From the IMG/VR virus record IMGVR_UViG_3300006153_000003: a DNA stretch of 64,000 nucleotides; one strand, given 5' to 3'. Each line of letters opens with the position of its first letter. Position 1 is the stretch's first letter. A program made the position numbers and the translations under genes. This DNA is from a virus. Taxonomy: Duplodnaviria; Caudoviricetes. The notes below the pieces were generated by a model that was given only the letters and a program-made list of their open reading frames with translations, ran no database searches and was not told the DNA's origin. Positions 47,786 to 58,331 of the stretch are shown here, in pieces.

Positions 47786-48595
47786 ATGGAGGAAATTTAC
47801 ATGAGCAAAGAAATAACAAATGTATCTATCAACGTACTGAAAGTACACCCACGCAATGCAGAATTTTTTGATGATATCTCAGGAAAGGAGTATGAAGAAT
47901 TCAAAAAATCAATCTTGGAAGATGGGATTATATCAGAAATCATCGTTGCTCCTGATATGACCATCATATCTGGACACCAAAGATTCAAAGCTGCAAAAGC
48001 AATAGGAATTCCAATGGTTCCTATCAGAATTAGAGAAGATCTTATTGATGAAGACAAGAAACTTAAAGTTCTTTTAGCCGCAAATTTCCAGAGACCTAAG
48101 AATAGCGAAGCAAAACAACGGAAAGTTGCAGATGAATACGTAAGACTGTGTGGGTATGGTAACGGAGGCAATAGACAAGCACAAGTCCAAAATGGTCTTC
48201 TGCTATCCCTTGATGACATAGCATCTCAACTGGGAACATCAAAAACAAATTTAAAACGTGCATTACGCATAGAACGTAATCTTACAGATTCCATGAAAGA
48301 ATTACTAGACACTGGCATAATCACCAAGTCATTAGCAGCTGATATGATAGCCACTCTTTCGGAAGAAGAACAAGAAAAATATTTTAAAATTTTTATTCAG
48401 AGACTTTACAAAGATACTCGAAAAAATGCAGGACTTGGATCAAAAATATCACGTACACATAAGAGAGACTATCAGAGATGTATTGATCACATAGAAGCCT
48501 GGATTCCCAGCTGTGGCTGTGCAGAATTAAGAGCAAAGGCAGATGCTAATGCTAAAGCAAGGTTGGAAGCTAAAAAATTGGGCTACCGAAAATAA
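47786..48595 (+). CDS. ParB N-terminal domain protein with HTH and an ORF6C-like tail
   Basis: LKVHPRN, IISGHQRFKA motifs. Confidence 0.8.
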   Translation: MEEIYMSKEITNVSINVLKVHPRNAEFFDDISGKEYEEFKKSILEDGIISEIIVAPDMTIISGHQRFKAAKAIGIPMVPIRIREDLIDEDKKLKVLLAANFQRPKNSEAKQRKVADEYVRLCGYGNGGNRQAQVQNGLLLSLDDIASQLGTSKTNLKRALRIERNLTDSMKELLDTGIITKSLAADMIATLSEEEQEKYFKIFIQRLYKDTRKNAGLGSKISRTHKRDYQRCIDHIEAWIPSCGCAELRAKADANAKARLEAKKLGYRK

Positions 48596-48944
48596 TTATA
48601 TGGTTTTTGTTCACAGAGAGAAGTATATAATATTGGAGTTTAAATATACTTCTTTGCTATGTAACCTGTAATGATTATAAAGGAGGTTTGTAATGCGTGG
48701 CAGAAAGCCGCGCATATATATCTGTCTTATTTAATATGTTATTATCTTTATTCTGTTCAGTTGACCACCATTTTTTTACAAAAAAAGTCCAAAAATTTTT
48801 TAACTTTTGTATTTTTTTAAACGTACACTGAACTCTCGTAAGGAAAGAAGAAAGAAAAAATACAGATCATACAAACAACAAAAATATATATTAGCATCAC
48901 AGCAAAAAATCCAATTATTAGATGAAGTAAAAGAGAAAAGACGA

Positions 48945-49850
48945 ATGAAAGAAAATAACAATAGTAAAAGGAAATATTTTAAGTCTAAAGAATTTGATTT
49001 GACAGACTTTAAAATTTTTAACACAAAAAAGAAGAAATATAAAAATTGTGCAAACTATTTTACAAGGATTCCTAATGAGTTTATTCAGTGCGATTTGCCA
49101 AGAAAATTTGGAGTAAATAGAATTTTACTTGTTGTATTTTGCGAAATAGATAGAAATAGATCTTATGAAGATAATTCGTATATTTGCATACGAGATATTT
49201 TTGAAAAATGTAATTATAAAATGGCATCAAGAAAACCAAAGATTTTTTATGAAATATTAAAATGCTTATTATTTCTAAAAGAGAATAATTACATAGAATG
49301 TAATTTTGATCCAAATAATATCAGATATAGTGATTGTATAAAAATTAATATCATTAAAGATGTTTTTGATGCTTCAGATTCTTTTACAAAAGCATACGGT
49401 AAAAAATTGGATTCAATATATACATCAGATACTAAATTATCAAAAGAATCACTTATAACAGTTTTTCTTTATATTAACTCATATATAAGATTCCGGCCAA
49501 GACAGGATGATGGATTTGAATATGATGATGCAGAGAATAATCCAGAAGCTTTTTTCAAAAGTATTGAAAGTATGTCAAAAGAATTATCTATGTCAAAGGA
49601 TACAATTAACCAATGTATAGATTATTTAACAACATCAACAGATGCCGTTCCTGCCCTTCTGATAAAAAAAGAAGTAGGTAGTGTACAACCGGATAAGTCA
49701 AAACCACCACAAAATGTGCCAAATATTTATGTATTGAACAAAAAAGGATATTATCAAGAAATAGAGTGGGCATTGAACAAAATGTTAGTATTGTATAAAG
49801 TAGATAAATTTTATCCTATTAAAAGTGGAAATTATCGATTTGAAAATTAG
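48945..49850 (+). CDS. Hypothetical wHTH protein, possible replication initiator (ORF open from 48807)
   Basis: FTRIPNEFI; SIESMSKELSMSKDTINQCIDYL. Confidence 0.6.
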   Translation: MKENNNSKRKYFKSKEFDLTDFKIFNTKKKKYKNCANYFTRIPNEFIQCDLPRKFGVNRILLVVFCEIDRNRSYEDNSYICIRDIFEKCNYKMASRKPKIFYEILKCLLFLKENNYIECNFDPNNIRYSDCIKINIIKDVFDASDSFTKAYGKKLDSIYTSDTKLSKESLITVFLYINSYIRFRPRQDDGFEYDDAENNPEAFFKSIESMSKELSMSKDTINQCIDYLTTSTDAVPALLIKKEVGSVQPDKSKPPQNVPNIYVLNKKGYYQEIEWALNKMLVLYKVDKFYPIKSGNYRFEN

Positions 49851-49993
49851 GCAAAAAGAGAAGTATATATTGTAACTACTAACATAGTCATTTTACCATA
49901 AATCCATTTTCCAAGAAAGGAACCAATCATTTATGAGAATCAAAGCAAAAAAGCAAAAAATAATAAAAAGAAAGGAAGAATTGTTACTAACGA

Positions 49994-50578
49994 ATGCAAC
50001 AGATAACAGAAAATTACACAACACAAAGACATAACAATCATCAAACCACTTTCAGTGGAATTATTAACATCAAAGATTTTGATACTAATTCGCCTAATAA
50101 AAAGAGAATTAGTAATCAGATAGAAGCAGCAAATTTAGAGCAACATTTAAACCAAAAAGTAAAAAGGAGAAAGAAATATGAAAGATACAGTCACATGACA
50201 CTAGAAGAACTTAGAGAAATGAAACTGGTATCAAATACAAATGGCAGACCAAGATCCGGGCTTACAGACGAAAAATGGCAAAAAGAATTTGCTTTAAGGA
50301 AAATGTTTATTACACCCCATAAAAAAATCACTAAACTAGCTGGGAAATATTCAAAAGAATCTGGTAAGTGGGATGAAGAAATAAAGGGGGAATATCAGGG
50401 ATGTACAAATTGGCAAGAATATTGCTCATTTATAAATGATGTATTATCAAATATTCGACAAGGGCAAAGAGATTATTGCTATTACATATTTCAAATTATG
50501 GATTTGGCAAAATTTCATTTTAACACTTTGAGAACAAAATATTATGATGGGTATTGGGAAGTTTGGCTAGAAAGATAA
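49994..50578 (+). CDS. Hypothetical phage protein
   Basis: ORF with RBS. Confidence 0.75.
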   Translation: MQQITENYTTQRHNNHQTTFSGIINIKDFDTNSPNKKRISNQIEAANLEQHLNQKVKRRKKYERYSHMTLEELREMKLVSNTNGRPRSGLTDEKWQKEFALRKMFITPHKKITKLAGKYSKESGKWDEEIKGEYQGCTNWQEYCSFINDVLSNIRQGQRDYCYYIFQIMDLAKFHFNTLRTKYYDGYWEVWLER

Positions 50579-50608
50579 TTTAATTAAAAATAAGAGGAGG
50601 AATTCAAG

Positions 50609-50998
50609 ATGAACAGAATTAAAAGAAAAGGATACACAGTAGAGATTGGGTTAGGTAGATATGGATATAAAGGATATTCCGTTGAATGCACATATCGTTA
50701 TGATAAGGATAAAGAAAAATATTTATTACATATAGGATTGAAAAATAAAAATATGGATGGATTCCGATTTGGAGTTGCTTCGGTTGATTTATATGATATT
50801 GATGCACAGTACATCTCCGGTACAAAAGAAACTATTTTGGACAATATCGATAGAATCGTCGAATATGCTGCCACTCATGAAGATGAGAACCATAAAAAGT
50901 TTTTTGATAAATATATTAAGCAAATTGATTATATGTATGAGTGCTGTGAGCGTGGTAATGAGTGTCTTGAAGAAGAAAGATTTGCAGATGCTTCATAA
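50609..50998 (+). CDS. Hypothetical phage protein
   Basis: ORF with AGGAGG RBS. Confidence 0.75.
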   Translation: MNRIKRKGYTVEIGLGRYGYKGYSVECTYRYDKDKEKYLLHIGLKNKNMDGFRFGVASVDLYDIDAQYISGTKETILDNIDRIVEYAATHEDENHKKFFDKYIKQIDYMYECCERGNECLEEERFADAS

Positions 50999-51431
50999 AG
51001 CAGATTACAAATATTTTACAAAAGCCCGTCAGGCAGCTTCTATATCCGATTATACAAACATACATGTTGGCTGTGTAGCTGTCTACCAGGGAAATATTAT
51101 AGGGATTGGGTGTAATTGTAATAAGACACACCCCTCCCAGAAATATTACAATAGATATCGTTCTCGCAATCATTGTAAAAGGGATGAATTACTGCCAAAG
51201 TTACATGCCGAAATTAATTGTATCAATTCCATAAAGAACCTGGATATACATTTTCATAAGGTAAAACTATACATATATCGCATCCGGAGAGATCAGCCAT
51301 TCGGGTTGAGTCGTCCTTGTCCTTCCTGTATGGCTGCTATCAGGGATATGGGAATCCGGGATATCTATTATACAACAAATTATGGTTATGCATATGAACG
51401 TGTCGGGTCCGTGGAAGGAGGTGCTGCATAA
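50988..51431 (+). CDS. Cytidine/dCMP deaminase-family Zn protein
   Basis: LHAE...RPCPSC motifs. Confidence 0.85.
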   Translation: MLHKADYKYFTKARQAASISDYTNIHVGCVAVYQGNIIGIGCNCNKTHPSQKYYNRYRSRNHCKRDELLPKLHAEINCINSIKNLDIHFHKVKLYIYRIRRDQPFGLSRPCPSCMAAIRDMGIRDIYYTTNYGYAYERVGSVEGGAA

Positions 51432-51680
51432 ATGGCTTGTGAAATATGTGGCAGAGAAGGCAGCCATGCATCTGGATGCCCGTATTATTATCCTGGGAAA
51501 CCCGTATACTACTGCTCTGCCTGTGGTGAAGGAATTTACGAAGGAGAAGAATATATTGATAACCGTGACGGTGAATATCGACATTACGATTGCTTTTGTG
51601 GAATGAGGGATCTGTTAGAATGGTTGGGTTATGAAGTGAAAACTATGGAAAATATTGAGGTGACATATGAGATGGATTAG
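51432..51680 (+). CDS. Small Zn-finger protein
   Basis: CEIC...H...CP...CSAC...HYDC. Confidence 0.75.
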   Translation: MACEICGREGSHASGCPYYYPGKPVYYCSACGEGIYEGEEYIDNRDGEYRHYDCFCGMRDLLEWLGYEVKTMENIEVTYEMD

Positions 51681-51948
51681 TAGATTTGTAAAAAGAATAT
51701 TGGGAGTATATGAGCCTGAGTTTGAGTATTGGGTAAAGACAAAGGATATTAAAGTACCTGATAATTATAAAAAAAATAAGATTAGGGAAAAGAAATGGAA
51801 ACGCAAGATAAGATACTATCTTAGGACTGGAAAATTGGAATCTAAGATTTTATTGGATAAGGATTTCAATTTGAGAGATGGATTTAGCAGTGTAAAGATT
51901 GCTTATCTGAATGGGATTGATAAAGTGCCGGTGTATTTTGTGGATTGA
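51667..51948 (+). CDS. Small basic protein (ParB-like fragment)
   Basis: ILLDKDFNLRDGF...VPV. Confidence 0.65.
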   Translation: MRWISRFVKRILGVYEPEFEYWVKTKDIKVPDNYKKNKIREKKWKRKIRYYLRTGKLESKILLDKDFNLRDGFSSVKIAYLNGIDKVPVYFVD

Positions 51949-51966
51949 GAAGGAGGTTGATTATCT

Positions 51967-52806
51967 TTGATATTAGGGAAGCATTATATGAAGAAATACA
52001 AATATGAAAATATTATGTTTTACCTTTATGAAAACAATATAAATAAATTAAAAGAAAATTTATTAGAGCATTTTGATGAGAAAAATTATAAAATCAATAT
52101 CAATTTTAAGAAAAATGAATTTATAGAATTAAACATCACTCACAACGATTTGATTGTCAATATACACTTTACTTATACACAACGTTTTTTTAAAAACTGT
52201 TATGAACTTAATGATGGGTATAATGCGAATAAATTTAAGGGAAGTAAAAAAGTATTATCAACAATTTATGAAGTTATTCGGTTATATTTTCCTATTATAA
52301 CAAAAAGAGAACCTTTATATTGTCATTGTTGCAACAAACTAATTGGATATATATTCAATGATTTTGATTATCCGAATAATGTTACTCCTTTAATTACAAA
52401 TAATGAACAAGATAAGGATCTATTATATGACGGTTATGACGTTAATTTCTGTGAAGATTGTAAAGAATATTTTTGCGATGATTGCATAACTGTGGATGAA
52501 TATATAGATGGTGTATTATGTGATGAATGTTTTAACAAGTTTCTTGACAAATATGATACAAGAACAGAAATAGAAAAAGAATGTGATGAAGACAATTTTA
52601 TAAAAAATTGGGCTCATTGTAGATATGAAAATTCTGATGATGATGAAAACGAAGATGATATACCAATGTGTTCAGAATGTGATCATTATTATGAGTGCCT
52701 TGACGATGCAGAAGACTCTGCTGATGGCTATAAATTATTCTGCGATTCAATCGTCGGCTGTGGATATGACTCAATGGAAGAGTTTTGGGAATGTAATGGG
52801 ATTTAA
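51967..52806 (+). CDS. Cys/Asp-rich hypothetical protein
   Basis: Multiple CxxC motifs. Confidence 0.7.
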   Translation: MILGKHYMKKYKYENIMFYLYENNINKLKENLLEHFDEKNYKININFKKNEFIELNITHNDLIVNIHFTYTQRFFKNCYELNDGYNANKFKGSKKVLSTIYEVIRLYFPIITKREPLYCHCCNKLIGYIFNDFDYPNNVTPLITNNEQDKDLLYDGYDVNFCEDCKEYFCDDCITVDEYIDGVLCDECFNKFLDKYDTRTEIEKECDEDNFIKNWAHCRYENSDDDENEDDIPMCSECDHYYECLDDAEDSADGYKLFCDSIVGCGYDSMEEFWECNGI

Positions 52807-52818
52807 CGGAGGTACAAA

Positions 52819-55560
52819 TTGTTAGACAAGCAATATAATATGTATTCTGTAGATACTGGACATTTTTATAGCAATCATGAAAAATACTTACACAATATGA
52901 ATTGTAAATATCGTAAAGAACGTAATTATGTTCTGAACAAATTACCGGAAATCGAAAAAAAATTAATGCAATACGGATATACAGAGGATGATCTTAAGAA
53001 TCTTAAAAATGAAAAGATTGAAAAAATTGATATTATTGAGTCTTCTTATGATATGATTTCTAAATATTTACATTGGGTAAGATTAATTAAGCACAAAAGA
53101 AAAAAAGCGAAAGAATCAAAAGAGGAATTGCTTACTCTTCTATCAAATAAAGTCATTCAAAATGAATTAACAGATGGCAAAGATCATATTCGGATAATAA
53201 AAGAAGATAGTATAAATGATACAAATATTATTTCCGTTTTTGATTCATCACTTAGCAGAATTATTGGCATCAAGCAAGATGAATTAACAGAAGCTTTAAT
53301 AGTAGTCCAAGTATATTATTTTGATGTATTCAAAGATATTTCATTCTATGGTTTTAAATACAAAGGTAAAAAATATAAATATTTTACTTCTTCTGCAGGA
53401 CAAATTCGAAAAAAGAAAGCTGTATTTATTAAGGAATCTGTGTGGAATAAGATTGAAAAAAGTATCATGTGTGGTTTGACAATAGGAAAAATCAATTCAA
53501 AAGGAGGGAATAATGTTAATAAGCATTTAGCTTATATGGCTCTAACAAATTCCGCGACTGATGAGTGGAAAGAATTTAATATTGATAAGTCTATTGTTAT
53601 TGATGATTTTGAGACTAACGTATATGGTACTTTTGACTTCGTAGATGATGTTGACTATTCGATTACAAGAAAAACAGATTATGTTCCAATACCTCATACT
53701 GACGGAGCTGGCATGATACTACCCTCAATTTCTAAAAAAAATTTTATGTTTCGTGCCCCTTGGATTAAAGGATTGTTAGGTGTATTTGATTTTAAGAAGT
53801 TTGTAGAGATAAATAACTACTCTCCTATTATTACAGATATTTACGGAAAAAAATATGATATTATTAAAGAAGATATCCAAATTATCTTTACAAAATCCCA
53901 GTTTAAAATGTGGAAGTATTACGATTCCTGGGATGAGTACAAGGTATATTTTAAAAAGTATCAATGTGAAGCTGGTAAATGTAATATTGAAGAAGATAGA
54001 ATTAAGAATGCAAAGATAAATTATCAGATGCTTCAAACACTAACAAACATTACAGATGAGGAAATTGATTTGCTTACTCAGAAATCGTCTGAACGAATTA
54101 GTAATATCTGTAGTTCAAAAGAAACTATGATGGATATTCTTGGTATCACACCCTATAATACAAATATGTCTTCATTTCAAAAAGCGGTAAAATTGTATCC
54201 TGCCTTATTGAATGATACATATGCAAAAGATGTTATTCGAGAAGTGAAAAACAGTCTTCTTAAAAAGTACCGTAGTGGAAAACTTGAAGTAACTGGGAAA
54301 TATACATTTTTACTCCCTGATTTTTATGCAGCTTGTGAATATTGGTTTGGACACATTGATGAACCAAAAGGATTATTAGATGATAAAGAAGTATTTTGTT
54401 GGCTATTTAAACAGTATGATAAATTGGATTGTTTGAGAAGCCCACACTTATATAAAGAACATGCTATTAGATTCAACGTTGCTAATAAGGGTTATGGTGA
54501 ACGAGCAAAGCAAATAAAGGAATGGTTCATTACTAATGGAATTTATGCTAGTACCCATGATTTAATAAGTAAAATACTTATGTATGATGTTGATGGAGAT
54601 AAAAGTTTAGTAGTTGCTGACAAAACCTTTGTTAGAATTGCAGAGCGTAATATGAATGGCATTGTTCCGTTATACTACAATATGCGCAAGGCAGAACCAA
54701 CAGAATTAAACAATAAAAATATTTACGCTGGACTTAACGCTGCTTTTACCGGAGGAAACATCGGTATTTACAGTAATAATATATCCAAAATTTGGAATGA
54801 CGATGTATTTATAAATGGATCAGAAGAAGATAAACAAAAGGCTATTGATTGTGTAAAAAGATTATGTTGTCAAAATAACTTTGTGATTGATTATGCTAAA
54901 ACCTTATATAAGCCAGAATTTCCTCGTGATATTAATGAACAAATTTCTAAATTCACAAATGGAAAATTGCCTGCGTTCTTTAGATTTGCAAAAGATAAAG
55001 AAAAATCCCAGGTAAAAGATCGAAATCAGAGTTTTGTAAATAAAATTTATGATAGAATACCAAATAAACCAATTAATACTAGGGGTATGCACCTTGGTAA
55101 TATTGATTATAAAATGCTGATGGAGAATCCAGAAATTATTTGTACTAAAGAAGTATCTAATTTATATGATATGTTAAATAAACAATATAGATATATGATT
55201 AATATGAAGGATGAATACATCGATAACTTAAGATATGTAGCATGTAAAATCAGAGAAGAATTTGACGAGTTTGGATATTCTAGTGAAACTATTTCGGATA
55301 TGCTTGTTGAATACTTATATGGTAAAGGGAAACGCTACAAACAATTGTTATGGTTCTGTTATGGACAATATGTTGTGAATAATTTAGAAAAGAATATTAC
55401 AGGTAAAAAAGTCAAAATAATTCAATGTATTGATTGTGGTGAATGGATTGAAGTTGATTCAAAAGACAACAAAACTTGTAGATGTGAATTGTGTAAAACA
55501 ATTTATAAAAAGAACTATCATAAAGAATATATGAGAAATAAAAGAAGTTTGTTAAGTTAG
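52819..55560 (+). CDS. YonO-like single-subunit (two-barrel) DNA-dependent RNA polymerase
   Basis: HTDGAG, FRAPWIKG, LRSPH and catalytic DVDGD motifs; C-terminal Zn ribbon; 913 aa. Confidence 0.85.
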   Translation: MLDKQYNMYSVDTGHFYSNHEKYLHNMNCKYRKERNYVLNKLPEIEKKLMQYGYTEDDLKNLKNEKIEKIDIIESSYDMISKYLHWVRLIKHKRKKAKESKEELLTLLSNKVIQNELTDGKDHIRIIKEDSINDTNIISVFDSSLSRIIGIKQDELTEALIVVQVYYFDVFKDISFYGFKYKGKKYKYFTSSAGQIRKKKAVFIKESVWNKIEKSIMCGLTIGKINSKGGNNVNKHLAYMALTNSATDEWKEFNIDKSIVIDDFETNVYGTFDFVDDVDYSITRKTDYVPIPHTDGAGMILPSISKKNFMFRAPWIKGLLGVFDFKKFVEINNYSPIITDIYGKKYDIIKEDIQIIFTKSQFKMWKYYDSWDEYKVYFKKYQCEAGKCNIEEDRIKNAKINYQMLQTLTNITDEEIDLLTQKSSERISNICSSKETMMDILGITPYNTNMSSFQKAVKLYPALLNDTYAKDVIREVKNSLLKKYRSGKLEVTGKYTFLLPDFYAACEYWFGHIDEPKGLLDDKEVFCWLFKQYDKLDCLRSPHLYKEHAIRFNVANKGYGERAKQIKEWFITNGIYASTHDLISKILMYDVDGDKSLVVADKTFVRIAERNMNGIVPLYYNMRKAEPTELNNKNIYAGLNAAFTGGNIGIYSNNISKIWNDDVFINGSEEDKQKAIDCVKRLCCQNNFVIDYAKTLYKPEFPRDINEQISKFTNGKLPAFFRFAKDKEKSQVKDRNQSFVNKIYDRIPNKPINTRGMHLGNIDYKMLMENPEIICTKEVSNLYDMLNKQYRYMINMKDEYIDNLRYVACKIREEFDEFGYSSETISDMLVEYLYGKGKRYKQLLWFCYGQYVVNNLEKNITGKKVKIIQCIDCGEWIEVDSKDNKTCRCELCKTIYKKNYHKEYMRNKRSLLS

Positions 55561-55772
55561 CAAATGTTTTTGAAATAGTTCGTAAATAACGAATGAATAA
55601 TGAATATGAAAAATAAAATAATCCGTAAATAACGTATTTTCTTTTGTGTATATATAGGAAAGACATATCGTTAAATAACTAAATGTACAAATATTGTACA
55701 ATGTTATCTTTTACAAAATAAGATATGTTATCATAATCGAATTCGGAAAAAGATTGGAGGTAGGCTGAACAT

Positions 55773-56078
55773 TTGATTATTACACAAGACTCCTTAATAA
55801 AACAAATAGCAGATAAAGAAGATATTAATGTGGCAACGGTTCGAAATATATTTAAATCAGCAGAAGATATTATTTTTGACCACTTATCTTCTACTACTCC
55901 ATCTGAAAATATAATTATAAAAATATTGAATGGAATTAGTTTAGAAAGAAAATACATACCTAAGAGGATATATACTAAAGGTATGTTTAAAAACATTGAT
56001 TGTCCAGAACATGTAAATATAAAAGTCAACTCATCTACATATTATACAAGAAGAATTAATGACAAATTGTTTTCATAA
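55773..56078 (+). CDS. Divergent HU/IHF-like protein
   Basis: ITQDSLIKQIA...TVRNIF. Confidence 0.6.
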   Translation: MIITQDSLIKQIADKEDINVATVRNIFKSAEDIIFDHLSSTTPSENIIIKILNGISLERKYIPKRIYTKGMFKNIDCPEHVNIKVNSSTYYTRRINDKLFS

Positions 56079-56130
56079 TAAAAGTCAAAATCCCCATTGG
56101 ATAAAACCAATGGGTACATAAAAATACAAT

Positions 56131-56758
56131 AATGAATATTTTCTCGTATTTTCAAATAACTCAGTGAAGAATGGTTTAGTCACCATGCTGAGAATATACG
56201 GATGCTGCCAAATTAATTCTTGGGATACTTAGAATGGATTTGGTCCGAAATATTGCGAAATATATTAGGATAAAAGATAAAATCTCAAAAGCAAGTATAT
56301 GTACTGAGAGTAAACGTAGTAAAATGCTGTCGTCTGGTCGCTGATATAATAGAGAGCTGCGCTGCAGTGCACAACCCTGATGCCTATAGCCTGATAACCT
56401 ATAGGAATTGAGTAAGTAAGGGAAATATCACACCAAGTCAGTTTGTCGTGAGGATTCAGAAATGAATCGTATAAGACCAGTTGGACGAACAAGTAGCCTA
56501 AGACAAGCACATTAATGAATCTGTATTTGTTATATTAGCAAGTAAAACAAATATTATAAAAGAAAACATACTTCTGAATGATAGGTGAACGTTATTCGTA
56601 ACCAATCGAATACACACGGAGACAGATGTATTTCTGTTGGGTAAGAAGTTTATGGTCGACGGGTCATAGACTCAGACTTATCTAGGTGTTTGCATAATAT
56701 TATTGCGTTTACGGAGGCAACCTGAAGGGGTATTTGAAAATACGAGAAAGTATTCATT
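56131..56758 (+). ncRNA. Large (~630 nt) structured ncRNA, ROOL/GOLLD-class candidate
   Basis: 28-bp closing stem 56131-56158/56731-56758 with one G-U; many internal helices; directly upstream of tRNAs. Confidence 0.75.
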
Positions 56759-56824
56759 CTATTTTTCATTTTTTCTCATATGGGTGGCGGTGCTACTGTT
56801 CTGGTAGTATCGTCATCTGTTCTT

Positions 56825-56897
56825 GTGTCTATAACTCAATTGGTAGAGTAATCGGCTTTTAACCGATAGGTTTTGGGTTCAAGTCCCAATAGGCACA
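56825..56897 (+). tRNA. tRNA-Lys(TTT)
   Basis: Cloverleaf; anticodon arm ATCGG-CTTTTAA-CCGAT; TTCAAGT T-loop. Confidence 0.9.
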
Positions 56898-56899
56898 TT

Positions 56900-56979
56900 G
56901 CTGGCGGGTGGAACGGATATATAAACCATACCAGGCTCATACCCTGCGTGATACTCAGTTCGACTCTGGGGCTTCAGCA
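56900..56979 (+). tRNA. Atypical tRNA-Met/Ile2(CAT)-like gene
   Basis: CAGG-CTCATAC-CCTG anticodon arm, TTCGACT T-loop; enlarged D-loop and imperfect acceptor stem. Confidence 0.55.
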
Positions 56980-57178
56980 ATTTTGTGAAGAGTTACAATT
57001 CTGTAGCTCTTTTTTTGTTATTTCATATAGGGTGATTACTACCCTGTCGTTTTGTGAAATTTTTATGCTTCATAAAATTTCTCCTTACTTGGGGTGATTG
57101 TTGCAGCAGTCACTCTATATGAAATAACAAAAGCGTTATCTGCAAATAACGATTAATAAAGGAGAGACAAAAAGTTAT

Positions 57179-58045
57179 ATGGTTAAAAAATTTACGAAAC
57201 GACAACTACTAGTTCAATGTGGATTTACCGCAGAAGATACTCAAATTATTCTTGATTACCAAAAGAAACTTCCAATATTATTAGAAGATAATGATACTTG
57301 GATAAACGCAAAAGATTTATGGGAACAATTGAAAGTAAAAGACAAATATACAGATTGGATTAAAACCCAGATAAAAACTTTTGAATTAATAGAAAATATT
57401 AGTTATATGACGAATTCGGTTCAAACCGAAATCGCAAATAATGGTTCAAAAAAAATAACAGAATATCAGATTAAGGTAGAAACCGCTAAAAGTATTACTT
57501 TGGTTATAGGATATAAAGGTGGTAATATATCTAAAGAATTAAAGGAAAATAGCAAACTCGCTCATAAGTATTTTATTCTTATGGAAAAAGCAGTAAAAAG
57601 AAACATCGAATGGGAACTAATCCGTTATCCTCTCCGTGAAGGTTACAAGAAAATGCAGAACGCATTAAATCAATATATGAATCGTATAGTTCAGAGAAAT
57701 GCTGATGATTGGGATTATAGTATGGAGGCAGATGCACTTAATATAATTGCAACTGGTTTTCCTGCAAAAGAAATTAGATTGTTTGTTGGATGTAAAGATA
57801 ATATTACAAGAGATAGTTTGACAGCTACATATAATGAATATTTAATGAAACTCCAAGAATTAAATATTATATATCTTGGTATGAATATGAATCGCTATGA
57901 ACGCTATAAAATGCTTAAACAATCTTTTGATATTTTGTTTCCAAATGCAATACCAATTAAAGATGATATTGATATTAACAAGATTCAAGCATATAAACAG
58001 AAATTATTAGATGAAACAAAAGAGAAAGTTCAAAGGGCAGCTTAA
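57179..58045 (+). CDS. AntA/AntB-type antirepressor
   Basis: INAKDLWEQLKVKDKYTDWIK...KYFILMEK. Confidence 0.75.
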   Translation: MVKKFTKRQLLVQCGFTAEDTQIILDYQKKLPILLEDNDTWINAKDLWEQLKVKDKYTDWIKTQIKTFELIENISYMTNSVQTEIANNGSKKITEYQIKVETAKSITLVIGYKGGNISKELKENSKLAHKYFILMEKAVKRNIEWELIRYPLREGYKKMQNALNQYMNRIVQRNADDWDYSMEADALNIIATGFPAKEIRLFVGCKDNITRDSLTATYNEYLMKLQELNIIYLGMNMNRYERYKMLKQSFDILFPNAIPIKDDIDINKIQAYKQKLLDETKEKVQRAA

Positions 58046-58069
58046 TTACTGCCCTACTTTATATACTAT

Positions 58070-58142
58070 CGCAGATTATGTTGGAGTGGTTCCACACATG
58101 GCTCATAACCATGGTACACGAGTTCGAATCTCGTATCTGCAA
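58070..58142 (+). tRNA. tRNA-Met(CAT), initiator-like
   Basis: C1:A72 mismatch; CATGG-CTCATAA-CCATG; TTCGAAT T-loop. Confidence 0.8.
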
Positions 58143-58211
58143 TTGTTTTGTCTGTTTAGTATAAACAGTCCTCCGTAGCCAGGCTCTTCGTTAACAGTCC
58201 GATATTATCTT

Positions 58212-58284
58212 TGGCATATAGCTCAGTTGGTAGAGCACTTGTCTGTTAAACAAGATGTCACAGGTTCGATCCCTGTTGTGCCAG
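58212..58284 (+). tRNA. tRNA-Asn(GTT)
   Basis: Canonical cloverleaf, CTTGT-CTGTTAA-ACAAG, discriminator G. Confidence 0.92.
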
Positions 58285-58331
58285 CTACTCTCCTACCTGG
58301 GGAGAATTTAGATGAAAGCGAGTGAAATACA

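Noticed and set aside
50757-50987. N-terminal extension of the deaminase ORF
   Set aside because: Overlaps gene 50609..50998; ATG at 50988 gives a normal-sized deaminase
56131-56758. Group I or group II intron
   Set aside because: No interrupted gene, and no recognisable P7 or domain V motifs by eye
56873-57097. 74-aa ORF here and the 73-aa ORF at 63719..63940
   Set aside because: Both overlap tRNA genes
58143-58211. tRNA-associated theta/HDV-like ribozyme
   Set aside because: Could not build the nested double pseudoknot starting with G at the tRNA 3' end
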